Shown: positions 52,727 through 62,079 of the stretch, piece after piece
Position numbering within the stretch: position 1 is the stretch's first letter
Layout: every line of letters starts with the position of its first letter
Assembly (NCBI GenBank): GCA_965200205.1
Contig: CBDAUI010000001.1
Location: forward strand, 1,778,664-1,842,663
Direction: 5' to 3'
Length of the DNA stretch: 64,000 bases
Origin: Candidatus Poribacteria bacterium
GTDB taxonomy: Bacteria; Poribacteria; WGA-4E; WGA-3G
The notes under the pieces: model-generated
Told to the model about the DNA's origin: nothing
Database searches by the model: none
The model's input: the letters and a program-made list of their open reading frames with translations, nothing else
Made by a program: the position numbers and the translations under genes

Positions 52727-53161
52727 ATGCTTAGAAAAAACATCAATGAAAACGGCGGGATGACTCGCCTTCAACTGCTAATTCTTCTTGTCTTAATGGC
52801 TGTGGTTGGGGCACTCTCTTTTCCACCGTGGCTGGAGTATCGTAAAGTCGGGACAGCGGATGTCGATGTCGAAACAATTGCCGTTGCTATCAAAAAATAC
52901 CATAGACATACCGGCGGTTATCCGACGCGTTTGGACGCACTGGTGACGGATCCTGGTGTCGACGGGTGGCGCGGGAATTATCTCGAATCTATTCCTGAAA
53001 CACCGTGGGGCGGCAGGTACGTCCTTCTTCAAGACAGGTATAAAGTTGGGATCGCGAAAGATCACCGGCGCGTCCCCGAAAAATATCGAGTCGGCGGCGT
53101 TGCGGAGATCAGTCGAGTCTATCATGTTGACCCACAACTCGGCGAGAAATATTGGTGGTAA
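52727..53161 (+). CDS. GspG-like pseudopilin (prepilin-type N-terminus with Gln at +5).
   Basis: Leader MLRKNINENGG followed by MTRLQLLILLVLMAV, and a T2SS-G-like body (AIKKYHRHTGGYPTRLDAL). Confidence 0.6.
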   Translation: MLRKNINENGGMTRLQLLILLVLMAVVGALSFPPWLEYRKVGTADVDVETIAVAIKKYHRHTGGYPTRLDALVTDPGVDGWRGNYLESIPETPWGGRYVLLQDRYKVGIAKDHRRVPEKYRVGGVAEISRVYHVDPQLGEKYWW

Positions 53162-53970
53162 CCTCCGTGCTTGATATCTGGATACCGATATTCATCTTCC
53201 TGTTTGGCTTAGCAATCGGTAGTTTTCTTAATGTCTGCATCTACCGTATTCCTCATCCAGACGTATCCATCCATTCTCCGCGTCGCTCTTTTTGTCCCGA
53301 ATGCAACGAAACGATAAGTGCTTATGACAACATCCCAGTTTTGAGTTATCTGTTCTTACGTGGAAAATGCCGGTATTGCAACGCGTCAATTTCCGTGCTT
53401 TATCCGTTGGTTGAGCTTGCCACGGCGGGGTTGTTCCTCGTGATGTACTACCGTTTTGGACTCACCCTCGAATTTCTGCTTGCACTTGTGTTCGTTGCGG
53501 TATTAGTGCCAATTTTTGTCATCGATGCACAGCACTACATCATCCCAAATGTTCTCATTGTCACTGGACTCATTCTCGGTTTCGGTATTGTTTGTGCGAT
53601 CGCGTATCAACGCAGTGATGTCTGGTATCTGCTCATCCGTATCATCGGTGCTGTTGCGGGTGGGTTAGTGTTGTGGCTGGTTGCTGTTATCGGGAGCGCG
53701 GTCTTACGCAAAAAAGCGATGGGTGGCGGAGACATAAAATTGATGGCACTCATCGGATTGTTCCTCGGTGCCTGGCCCGAACTCGCGATGGTGATAGGCT
53801 TTTCTGCCTTCAGTGGCGCGATTGTCGGAACGACTCTCATCGTCTCCGGCGTGAAAAGCCGCGAGAGTCCTATTCCTTATGGTCCGTTTCTTGCTGGTGC
53901 TGCGGTGCTTGTCCTCTTATGGGGAGATAATCTCTGGCGTTTGTACTTGCAATCGGTTGGGTGGAATTAA
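53152..53970 (+). CDS. Prepilin peptidase (A24 family).
   Basis: Zn-finger CxxC...CxxC (CPECNE...CRYCN) and GGGDIKL catalytic region. It overlaps the pseudopilin gene by 10 nt. Confidence 0.8.
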   Translation: MVVTSVLDIWIPIFIFLFGLAIGSFLNVCIYRIPHPDVSIHSPRRSFCPECNETISAYDNIPVLSYLFLRGKCRYCNASISVLYPLVELATAGLFLVMYYRFGLTLEFLLALVFVAVLVPIFVIDAQHYIIPNVLIVTGLILGFGIVCAIAYQRSDVWYLLIRIIGAVAGGLVLWLVAVIGSAVLRKKAMGGGDIKLMALIGLFLGAWPELAMVIGFSAFSGAIVGTTLIVSGVKSRESPIPYGPFLAGAAVLVLLWGDNLWRLYLQSVGWN

Positions 53971-54021
53971 TGGTAGGAGGGATTTGTAATCCCGATCAGG
54001 TACTAATGCAATGGAGGTAAT

Positions 54022-56733
54022 ATGAAAACCTATTACATAATCACTTGCCTACTGATCTTAGTCTTGAGTCAACAGATTGCGTCCGCACAACAACCCTTGG
54101 CACAACAAGCGTTCACTGTCTTTGAGCAACACTGCCTCGACTGCCACGGTGAATTCGGATCATACAGCGATGTGCTTACAATTAAGCATAAAGACTTAAT
54201 CGAAGATCGCTCCGTCATCCCGGGTCAACCCGATGCCTCCGAACTCTATCTACGTCTGCTCGGCGATACAGACACAGGTTCACAAATGCCGTTGGGACAA
54301 GATTCCCTCAATCCCGAAGCAATCGCCGTGATCCGCCGCTGGATTGAAGCAGGTGCCCCAGATTGGGAGGCAATTCCCAAACCAAAACGTAATTTTATCA
54401 CCACCGAGACGATGCTCCAAACTATCCATACCCATGTGATCTCTCTCACTGCCTTTGACCGCTCCTTCGCACGCTATTTCACATTGACACATCTTTACAA
54501 CGCTGGCGCAAGCGATGACAACCTCCGCGCTTATCGGAATGCGTTATCAAAATTGGTTAACAGCCTCTCTTGGGGTGCTGAGGTTATTAAGCCGACACCC
54601 ATTGACCGAGAAGAAACAATCTTTTACATTGACCTGCGTCACTACGAATGGGACATCAAAAGCGATAAGTGGTATAAGATTGAACAGGCGTATCCCTACG
54701 GTGTGCAATTAAACTCGTCAACATACACAACGCTATGCAAGGAAACGGACTGCGATCTGCCATTCATCCGTGCCGATTGGTTCATCGCCACCGCTTCACT
54801 CCCGCCGCTCTATCATGAGATTCTTGATCTTCCAAAAACAGATAAGGAGTTGGAGACTCGACTTGAGGTGGATGTCGCCGAAAACATAAAAAATGCCCCA
54901 GGGGTTCGCGTCTGGCGTGCAGGTTTTAATGAGTCCGGTGTGTCAGTCAACAACCGCATCGTGGAACGCCACAAATCCCGATATGGGGCATATTGGAAAT
55001 CCTACGACTTCGCAGGAAATGTAGGCACACAAAATATCTTCACACATCCGCTCAATTTCACGTACGACGGTGGCGAGATAATCTTCAACCTTCCCAACGG
55101 ATTGCAGGCGTACTATCTGTCCACTGCAACAGGTGAACGACTTGATGAGGCACCGATTAACATTGTGTCAGACGCTGGATCGCGGGACCCTGTTGTCCGT
55201 AATGGACTCTCCTGCATGGGCTGCCACACAGAAGGGATGAAAATCTTTGAAGATCAGGTGCGTTCGGTTATTGAACAGAGTCGTAATCCCTTTTATGACA
55301 AGGCGCAAGCGTTGCGTCTCTATACCGAGAAATCGGAAATGGATAGCCTTGTCCGCGAGGATATTGCGCGGTATCGGCAGGCAATTAAGGCTGCTGGCGG
55401 AGTCTTCGGTGGTAGCGAACCTATACAGCAGTTAGTTAAGCAGTTTGAAGGACCACTGGATGCATCGCACGCTGCAGCGGAGGTGGGATTGGAAACTGAT
55501 GATTTTCTGAAAGAGATTCGTGAAAATAGGACGCTGCAGAATGCGGGATTGTTGGTCTTGGGTGTTGAGAAAGGAACTGTTAAACGGGATGCTTGGGAGT
55601 CGCAATTTGGGGCAGTGGTTTCTGTGCTGCAATCAGGAGTTGATAAATCTGAACGTGTTGTGCCAGGCGAAGTGCCACACCTGATTGAAGAACTGGTTGT
55701 TCTGCCCAAATACAAGACTCAAGTGAAACCTAATTATCCGAAGGAGGCTCAGCAAGCACAAAAGGAAGGCACAGTTGTTTTACAAGCAACTGTTGATGTG
55801 AACGGAATGCCACAGGACATTGTATCATCTACAAATCTTGGATTCGGGCTTGAGGAGGCAGCAATTGAGGCATTAAAGAAAACCACTTTTCATCCAGCAA
55901 CCCAAGGTGGTAAACCGATTCGTCTTGAGAATGTTCAAATTCCATACGAATTTCAATTATTTGATTTAAAGCCGTCAAACATTGAGAATACAGACATGGT
56001 CTTGATTCCAGCGGGCGCATTTCAGATGGGAAGTAACGATGGTGAGGACAATGAGCGTCCAGTGCATACTATCTACCTTGATGCTTTTTATATTGACAAG
56101 TATGAGGTGACAAACGCTCAGTATAAAAAGTTTGTTGATGCAAATCCAGAGTGGCGAAAAGATCGCATCCCTGCCAAATATCACACTAGCTACTACCTAT
56201 ATGATTGGAATAGGAATGATTATCCACCGGGGAAAGGCAACCACCCTGTTACTCACGTGAGTTGGTACGCGGCAATGGCATACTCGAAATGGGCAGGAAA
56301 GCGTTTACCGACAGAAGCAGAATGGGAAAAGGCAGCGCGTGGTGGTTTGTCTGGCAAGGAGTATCCGTGGGGTAATTCGATGGATTCTAGCATGGCAGGC
56401 TATAACAGTAGTATTAACACAACTCCTGTCGGCAGCTATCCTGCGAATGGATATGGCCTCTATGATATGTCCGGGAATGTCTTTGAGTGGTGCCTTGATG
56501 AATATAATTGGGACTTTTATTTAACTTCTCCATATCGTAATCCGGTTTCTGGTGTAAATAGTATCGCATACATTGTAAATAATTTTACGAACGTTAAAAC
56601 TTCCCGCGTCAATCGTGGTGGTTCTTTGGTACTATCCGTTCAATTCGCACGAATCGCCGCCCGCAACGGCAATGTGCCAGCCACTTCTTACGGTCTCAAT
56701 GGTTTTCGTTGTGTAAGCGCAGTAACCCCTTAG
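54022..56733 (+). CDS. Multidomain secreted protein: heme-c (PSCyt1-like, CxxCH), a TonB C-terminal-like domain, and a C-terminal formylglycine-generating-enzyme (FGE-sulfatase/SUMF1) domain.
   Basis: Signal peptide. CLDCHG heme motif. TonB_C-like PNYPKEAQQAQKEGTVVLQATVDVNG. FGE domain (MVLIPAGAFQMGS...RPVHTIYLDAFYIDKYEVTNAQY...HPVTHVSWYAAMAYSKWAGKRLPTEAEWE...YPWGN...GLYDMSGNVFEWC). Confidence 0.75.
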   Translation: MKTYYIITCLLILVLSQQIASAQQPLAQQAFTVFEQHCLDCHGEFGSYSDVLTIKHKDLIEDRSVIPGQPDASELYLRLLGDTDTGSQMPLGQDSLNPEAIAVIRRWIEAGAPDWEAIPKPKRNFITTETMLQTIHTHVISLTAFDRSFARYFTLTHLYNAGASDDNLRAYRNALSKLVNSLSWGAEVIKPTPIDREETIFYIDLRHYEWDIKSDKWYKIEQAYPYGVQLNSSTYTTLCKETDCDLPFIRADWFIATASLPPLYHEILDLPKTDKELETRLEVDVAENIKNAPGVRVWRAGFNESGVSVNNRIVERHKSRYGAYWKSYDFAGNVGTQNIFTHPLNFTYDGGEIIFNLPNGLQAYYLSTATGERLDEAPINIVSDAGSRDPVVRNGLSCMGCHTEGMKIFEDQVRSVIEQSRNPFYDKAQALRLYTEKSEMDSLVREDIARYRQAIKAAGGVFGGSEPIQQLVKQFEGPLDASHAAAEVGLETDDFLKEIRENRTLQNAGLLVLGVEKGTVKRDAWESQFGAVVSVLQSGVDKSERVVPGEVPHLIEELVVLPKYKTQVKPNYPKEAQQAQKEGTVVLQATVDVNGMPQDIVSSTNLGFGLEEAAIEALKKTTFHPATQGGKPIRLENVQIPYEFQLFDLKPSNIENTDMVLIPAGAFQMGSNDGEDNERPVHTIYLDAFYIDKYEVTNAQYKKFVDANPEWRKDRIPAKYHTSYYLYDWNRNDYPPGKGNHPVTHVSWYAAMAYSKWAGKRLPTEAEWEKAARGGLSGKEYPWGNSMDSSMAGYNSSINTTPVGSYPANGYGLYDMSGNVFEWCLDEYNWDFYLTSPYRNPVSGVNSIAYIVNNFTNVKTSRVNRGGSLVLSVQFARIAARNGNVPATSYGLNGFRCVSAVTP

Positions 56734-56758
56734 ATATTTACCTCTTAACAGAAAGATG

Positions 56759-57724
56759 TTATATGTTTCTTAATTCCTCATCGTACCAAAATCTATGAGG
56801 TTCCGGTTCATCTATTACGTGTTCATCCGTTTTGTAACTTATCCATTCAGTCTCAAAGATACCGTTTTCTGGTGGCCACTTTTTCAGTCTCACAAACGGG
56901 ACAGATGGAAGAAACTTAATGGAAAATTTGTGGGTAGGATCTGGGGGTAGGATGCCAATAACAAATACGCTGGCACCGAAAATACTGAATAGCAAGATCG
57001 CTGAAATGCTACGCCTACATGATTCTAATTTCCCATTTTCTTGATTATATAGAAAAAAGACTGAGTTTTCCAGATCTGTTATCGAATCAAGATTTTCCAT
57101 TGAGTTGCTAAATGGTACAACTGCGATCTTCTGATCACCTGTCAACAAAAACTCTGCATCAATTGTGTCTAAGAGCACATCAGCCAAGGGATGCTCACAT
57201 GTCATTACTAAAATTGCAGGACAGTCATATCCAGACATTTGGTTTGTTTTCTCATCTACTTTATCAAATAACTTATTGGTTATCCCGGAGTACCATCCAC
57301 CGGAACGATTCCGAGGAGGTTCGTTTTTCAGACCTGATTTACGAGCTACGGATTCAGCATCAAGGCAGGTAACTTCAGCTACAAATTCGGCATTGCCTTT
57401 TTGGCACCGAAAATCCACACCACCTTTTTTTGAATCCTCTTCTACTTGAATATTGTCACTGTGATTTCTAAGAAAGTAAAATGCAACCGCCTCAGCCCTC
57501 GCGCTGGCAGGTTGCCTGTTTAAAAGGTCATAATATGATTTAACACGTGTTGGATGCTCATCCTGTAAGAAATGTCTATAGTTATCAACAAGGTCATCCA
57601 ATTTTATTTCCGTTTGTGCACGTTTACATAAATCAACCACGGCTCCCACTATGGCATCCACCTGCTTTTCTTTAACTTCCACTATGGCTTCGACCTGTTT
57701 TTCATCTATTGGAAACATAATCAT
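56759..57724 (-). CDS. Hypothetical protein with a C-terminal TM segment, in an AT-rich islet.
   Basis: 321-aa ORF. No recognisable domain. Confidence 0.5.
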   Translation of the reverse strand: MIMFPIDEKQVEAIVEVKEKQVDAIVGAVVDLCKRAQTEIKLDDLVDNYRHFLQDEHPTRVKSYYDLLNRQPASARAEAVAFYFLRNHSDNIQVEEDSKKGGVDFRCQKGNAEFVAEVTCLDAESVARKSGLKNEPPRNRSGGWYSGITNKLFDKVDEKTNQMSGYDCPAILVMTCEHPLADVLLDTIDAEFLLTGDQKIAVVPFSNSMENLDSITDLENSVFFLYNQENGKLESCRRSISAILLFSIFGASVFVIGILPPDPTHKFSIKFLPSVPFVRLKKWPPENGIFETEWISYKTDEHVIDEPEPHRFWYDEELRNI

Positions 57725-58168
57725 TTCCTCTTAGGTTATGGATAAAAGTATTGCTCGACTGCTAATTTGTACGGTTAAGTGCCACTGGGAATTCACTTCT
57801 GTAAACATCTTATTTTTCTCCCAACTTGCTACCTATGTGATTTTAGACGCACAAACACCATTTTTTAGTGAAAAGCGGGCATTTTTGCGTAAAATTTGGC
57901 GTGTTTCCTACCATTTTCGGCACGAAGAGACACAGGCTAACGGTTTCCTATGCTACAAGGTGGCAACTTGAGTTATTTTTAATAGAAACAGTTACGAATA
58001 GGGTTTTGGGCAAAGTTCTCGTATCTCTATGGAATTTTATTATATTTTAAAAAACTGCTCATTTCAAGTTATTTTTTCGGAATCATCATGTGAAATCCGG
58101 TTGACATCCTTGATCGGAATCTGTTATCATTTTGATACCAAAGGAAGTTATTTTTTAGAGCAAAGCGG

Positions 58169-59812
58169 ATGAACACGTCAAACCGGTCCCAGTACAAAAA
58201 TACACGACCTCCAGTTCCGGATTCAAATGATGCTGGTTTCTATAACAATCGCGGCGAAGTTTACTTGCGCGAAGGCAAGGTTGACAAGGCTATCAATGAC
58301 TTTAACATCGCAGTAAAGTTACAACCTGAACTTGCCGTGGCTTATAACAATCGTGGCAATGCTTACCTCCTCAAAGGCGATCTTGACAAGGCGATTGCAG
58401 ACTATAGCCAATCAATAAAACACGCTCCTAAAGATGCTATGTCCTATAGCAACCGTAGTGTTGCTTATCTGCGAAAAGGTGAATTTGACAAGACGATTGA
58501 AGATGCGAGCGAGGCGATAGCATTAGATGAAAAATGTTCAAATGCTTACTACAACCGTGCAGAAGCTTGGTTGCATCTAAAAGAATGGGATAAGGCGAAA
58601 ACCGATCTGACAACTTCTAAGAAATTAGGCATGGATATTGTCGCAACGTTTCATAACGCTTACAGGGACGTTGCAACGTTTGAACGTAGAAATAGTGTTA
58701 AACTGCCGAAAGACATCGTCGCAGTGTTGAGGCAATATCCAGTCAACAGTTTTACGACAACGCAGAGAGTCTTGACTGCTGATGGTGAAACACAAGAATC
58801 TTATGCGGTGTTGGAATTACTGGAGAAATTCCGCAATGCTGGCAAACCGCTGAACGAGTATCTCCGCGGGCAGTCTTCACGTGGTATCACAACAGGATGC
58901 AACGAAGCGTTTATCGTAGGGCGTACCACGCGGGATGCACTCATCGCGGAATATCCTTCATCTGCTGATGTTTTGAAGCCGTTTCTGATGGCGCGCGACA
59001 TCCAACGCTGGCGTGTGAAACCGACAGACGAGTCGCGGAGAGAACCGCAGGACAAGTGGCTGATCTTTACGCATAGAGGCGTAGACATCAACACTTATCC
59101 AGCAATCAAAAAACACTTGAAAAAATACCGTGACACGCTGGAAAAGAGATCAGGGAAGCAAGAATGGTATGAACTCCAAACGGCTCCAACGGATACAGCT
59201 CGGTTCACGCAACCGAAGTGTCTCTATGCAGATCTGGCGAGTGAAACTGCGTTTGCTTTTGATGATGAAGGCTACTATGTAGGCAGCCCTGCATCTCTGC
59301 TACCCACGAGTGAACTCTGGCTTCTCGGTGTGCTGAATACCAGAGCGGTTTCATGGTTCTACGCGCGGACGGCTCCACAGGTCCGGGGACCTTTTTTAAA
59401 ATTCGTGCCGCGGTATGTCGCGCAAATTCCGATCCCCGACATGAAATCGGAACAGAAGGCACTCATCCATAAAATTGTTGAATATATCCTTTATCTCAAG
59501 AAACAGCCTACGGTAAACAGTAGGGATTTAAAATACGCCCGTGACCGCGTGATGGTTGGATATTTTAATCGAATCATTGATGGCATGGTTTATGAGGCTT
59601 ATCTGTCGGACGAGCTTCATAAAGGCGACAAACACTTTTTTCAACCGTTATTAGATGAACAGTTACCGCGGCTTGAAGAGATTCAAGGCGATAAGATGTC
59701 TGCGTTCCGGGACATCTTTGAGCACTTGCATGAAAGAACACATCCTATCCGGATAAATCTATTCTTTTTGGATAGTATAAAACCTATCCGTATCATTGAA
59801 AGTAAGGCATGA
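58169..59812 (+). CDS. TPR repeat protein fused to a TaqI_C/type IIG-like target-recognition-domain-like C-terminus. No methyltransferase motifs.
   Basis: N-terminal TPRs (AYNNRGNAYLLKGDLDKAIADY etc.). The C-terminus carries GITTGCNEAFIV, WYELQ and PKCLYADLASETAFAFDDEGYYVGSP motifs typical of type IIG/BREX-PglX TRDs. Confidence 0.6.
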   Translation: MNTSNRSQYKNTRPPVPDSNDAGFYNNRGEVYLREGKVDKAINDFNIAVKLQPELAVAYNNRGNAYLLKGDLDKAIADYSQSIKHAPKDAMSYSNRSVAYLRKGEFDKTIEDASEAIALDEKCSNAYYNRAEAWLHLKEWDKAKTDLTTSKKLGMDIVATFHNAYRDVATFERRNSVKLPKDIVAVLRQYPVNSFTTTQRVLTADGETQESYAVLELLEKFRNAGKPLNEYLRGQSSRGITTGCNEAFIVGRTTRDALIAEYPSSADVLKPFLMARDIQRWRVKPTDESRREPQDKWLIFTHRGVDINTYPAIKKHLKKYRDTLEKRSGKQEWYELQTAPTDTARFTQPKCLYADLASETAFAFDDEGYYVGSPASLLPTSELWLLGVLNTRAVSWFYARTAPQVRGPFLKFVPRYVAQIPIPDMKSEQKALIHKIVEYILYLKKQPTVNSRDLKYARDRVMVGYFNRIIDGMVYEAYLSDELHKGDKHFFQPLLDEQLPRLEEIQGDKMSAFRDIFEHLHERTHPIRINLFFLDSIKPIRIIESKA

Positions 59813-60483
59813 GAATTACCAAAATTGAGATTAAAAATTTTAGAGCTTTTTACGGGGCATATCAGATTGACCTGCACAGGGCGGGAAAAAATTTGCTTGT
59901 TTACGGCGAAAATGGCAGTGGAAAAACTTCACTATATCAGGCGTTGAAAAGATTCCTTGAATCTAGCGAGGGAGGTCACCAATTTAAACCCTACCAAAAC
60001 ATCTTTAACTCGGATGACGGATATATCAAATTGAACCTCCGAGCTGATGCACAGTCAAAACAAGGCACTTATGAATGGTCTGAAACTGTTAAGGACCAGA
60101 CAAATGAGGAACTTCTGATTGAGGCATCAAGATCAAAAGGTTTCCTGGATTATCTTGATGCAAACGACTACAAAGCCTGCGCAATTTACCTGCGTACCGC
60201 TTTTGAAGCGGCAATCAAGCAATATTGTGAGAAAAAGGATCTCGCCATTAAATATCGTGAGAATCCGAAGGACTTGAAAAGTGAAGACTTCTGGGTGCCT
60301 ATAAAAATGGAGAGGGATGGAACGGGTCCTCTGCTTTTAGATCTAAGGATTGTTGATCAAATTGAACAGGCTCGGAAATTTATCCTAAACGAACTTAGTC
60401 ATGCGACCTTTGTGAACATCTACAGAAAAGAACTCGAGGATGCCATTGAAGCGGTGGAACGTCTTAAAATTGCATTACAATAG
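59809..60483 (+). CDS. Truncated P-loop ATPase (SMC/RecF-like N-terminal domain only).
   Basis: MRITKIEIKNFRAFYGAYQIDL...VYGENGSGKTSLYQAL. There is no Walker B or ABC signature. It shares an ATGA start/stop overlap with the upstream gene. Confidence 0.55.
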   Translation: MRITKIEIKNFRAFYGAYQIDLHRAGKNLLVYGENGSGKTSLYQALKRFLESSEGGHQFKPYQNIFNSDDGYIKLNLRADAQSKQGTYEWSETVKDQTNEELLIEASRSKGFLDYLDANDYKACAIYLRTAFEAAIKQYCEKKDLAIKYRENPKDLKSEDFWVPIKMERDGTGPLLLDLRIVDQIEQARKFILNELSHATFVNIYRKELEDAIEAVERLKIALQ

Positions 60484-60553
60484 GGCAAAGCCGCACCTTG
60501 CAATTAACGGCACAATACGGTATAATTCAATTCCATAAGGAGGATCTGACATA

Positions 60554-61123
60554 ATGGATGTTAAAGACGCGATTCTTACACGACGTACGATTTTTAAGTT
60601 CAAACCAGAGCCCGTCCCGAACGATGTTATCGAACAGGTTTTCAGTTATGGGATATGGGCACCCAATCACCATGTCACGGAGCCTTGGCGGTTTACTGTG
60701 ATTGGCAAGGAGACAAAACTAATCCTTGCAGACCGCTACCGCGAAATCAAGATGGAGGATACCCCCGACCACGTTGATGCCGAGAATCTCGCCAAAATCG
60801 GTGAACTCGCTTACCAGAAATTCATGTCTAAACCGACAATCATCGCTGTTTCATGCCTACAAGAAGGCGACGAACAACGCCAACGCGAAGACTATGCCGC
60901 TGCGTGTTGTGCGATGCAGAACGTCCAACTCGCCGCATGGGATGCCGGAGTCGGTATGCAGTGGAGCACAGGCAGAATCACAATGGAAGAGCAGACCTAC
61001 CAGTTGTTAGGAATTGACTCCTCGCAAGAATATATCATCGGTTTCTTCTATACGGGTTACCCTGCTGAAGTCAACGAACCGAAACGGCAACCCGCCGGTG
61101 AGTTTATCCGATGGGTAGCGTAA
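60554..61123 (+). CDS. Nitroreductase family protein.
   Basis: ILTRRTIFKFKPEPVPNDVIEQVF...APNHHVTEPWRF is a nitroreductase N-terminus. Confidence 0.8.
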   Translation: MDVKDAILTRRTIFKFKPEPVPNDVIEQVFSYGIWAPNHHVTEPWRFTVIGKETKLILADRYREIKMEDTPDHVDAENLAKIGELAYQKFMSKPTIIAVSCLQEGDEQRQREDYAAACCAMQNVQLAAWDAGVGMQWSTGRITMEEQTYQLLGIDSSQEYIIGFFYTGYPAEVNEPKRQPAGEFIRWVA

Positions 61124-61242
61124 AAGCCGTCAGCAATCAGCCATCGGCTTTCAGAAAAGAGTTGTTTGTAGCAAGCGAGAATTAACTTACCACATGCACT
61201 ACTGATGGCTGACGGTTTCCGACTGCTGAGGGCTGATTGCCA
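61124..61242. repeat. MITE-like element with imperfect terminal inverted repeats (GCCGTCAGC / GCTGACGG heptamer type).
   Basis: AAAGCCGTCAGCAATCAGCCATCGGCTTTCAG ... CTGATGGCTGACGG...GGGCTGATTGCC. It is related to 36675-36775. Confidence 0.6.
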
Positions 61243-62079
61243 TTAAACTGATAGTTGATATGCCATTTTGGCGTTTTGCCAGAAGAATTTTGCCTTGACT
61301 GCATCGCCTTTCGCACTGAAATAGTCGTCCACGATCTGTTGCACGACTTTATACGGCGCGAAACGTTCCGATACAGGCCAATTGCTCCCGTAGATGAGCC
61401 TATCCTCGCCAAACGCGTCCCATAGGACATCAATCGTTGGCGTGTAATAGGCAACATCCGTCGGTGCTGGCGTTTGTCCTGTATGTTCCGCCAATCCGGA
61501 AACTTTACAGTAGATGTTCGGATAGCGTGCCACTTCGTTAATAGCAGAAACCCATGCCGGATCCGGCGGCGCTTCTGATATATGGGCACCAGCAATGTGG
61601 TTGATAACAATACGCATCTCCGGCGTATGTTCGACGAGTGTCGGTAAAAGTGATAACGCATCAGGGTTAATCAGTAGATCTAAGGTGAGTTCTTTGGCTG
61701 CCAGTTTTTCGATGTTTGCCATGAAATTCGTGTCGCCGATGGCGCGTAGGTGTCCACTACCGAGGCGTATCCCGCGAAAAAGCGGATTCGCTGCAAATCG
61801 GTTCAAGTGTTTTTCAAAATCCGCGTCGTCGGGTTCTAAATGTCCAACGAACCCGACAATAAACGGTTCATCTGCGGCGAGATCGAGAATCCACTGGTTA
61901 TCTTCAAGCCACTTGCTCGCCTCAACGACAACCGTACCTGTCGCGCCTTCAGGGACTGCAAGTACTTTATAGTCGTCCGGCATCACCCGTCGGTAGAGCA
62001 CCTCGTCATTAGGGTTCGGCCACGGGACACCTTCTGGGCGCGTGGGATCGTAGAAATGCGTATGTGTATCTATAATCAT
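61243..62079 (-). CDS. Amidohydrolase-2 family metal-dependent hydrolase.
   Basis: MIIDTHTHFYDP N-terminus (HxH metal site). GGGAGA RBS before ATG 62079. The ORF-track start at 62166 is likely too long. Confidence 0.75.
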   Translation of the reverse strand: MIIDTHTHFYDPTRPEGVPWPNPNDEVLYRRVMPDDYKVLAVPEGATGTVVVEASKWLEDNQWILDLAADEPFIVGFVGHLEPDDADFEKHLNRFAANPLFRGIRLGSGHLRAIGDTNFMANIEKLAAKELTLDLLINPDALSLLPTLVEHTPEMRIVINHIAGAHISEAPPDPAWVSAINEVARYPNIYCKVSGLAEHTGQTPAPTDVAYYTPTIDVLWDAFGEDRLIYGSNWPVSERFAPYKVVQQIVDDYFSAKGDAVKAKFFWQNAKMAYQLSV

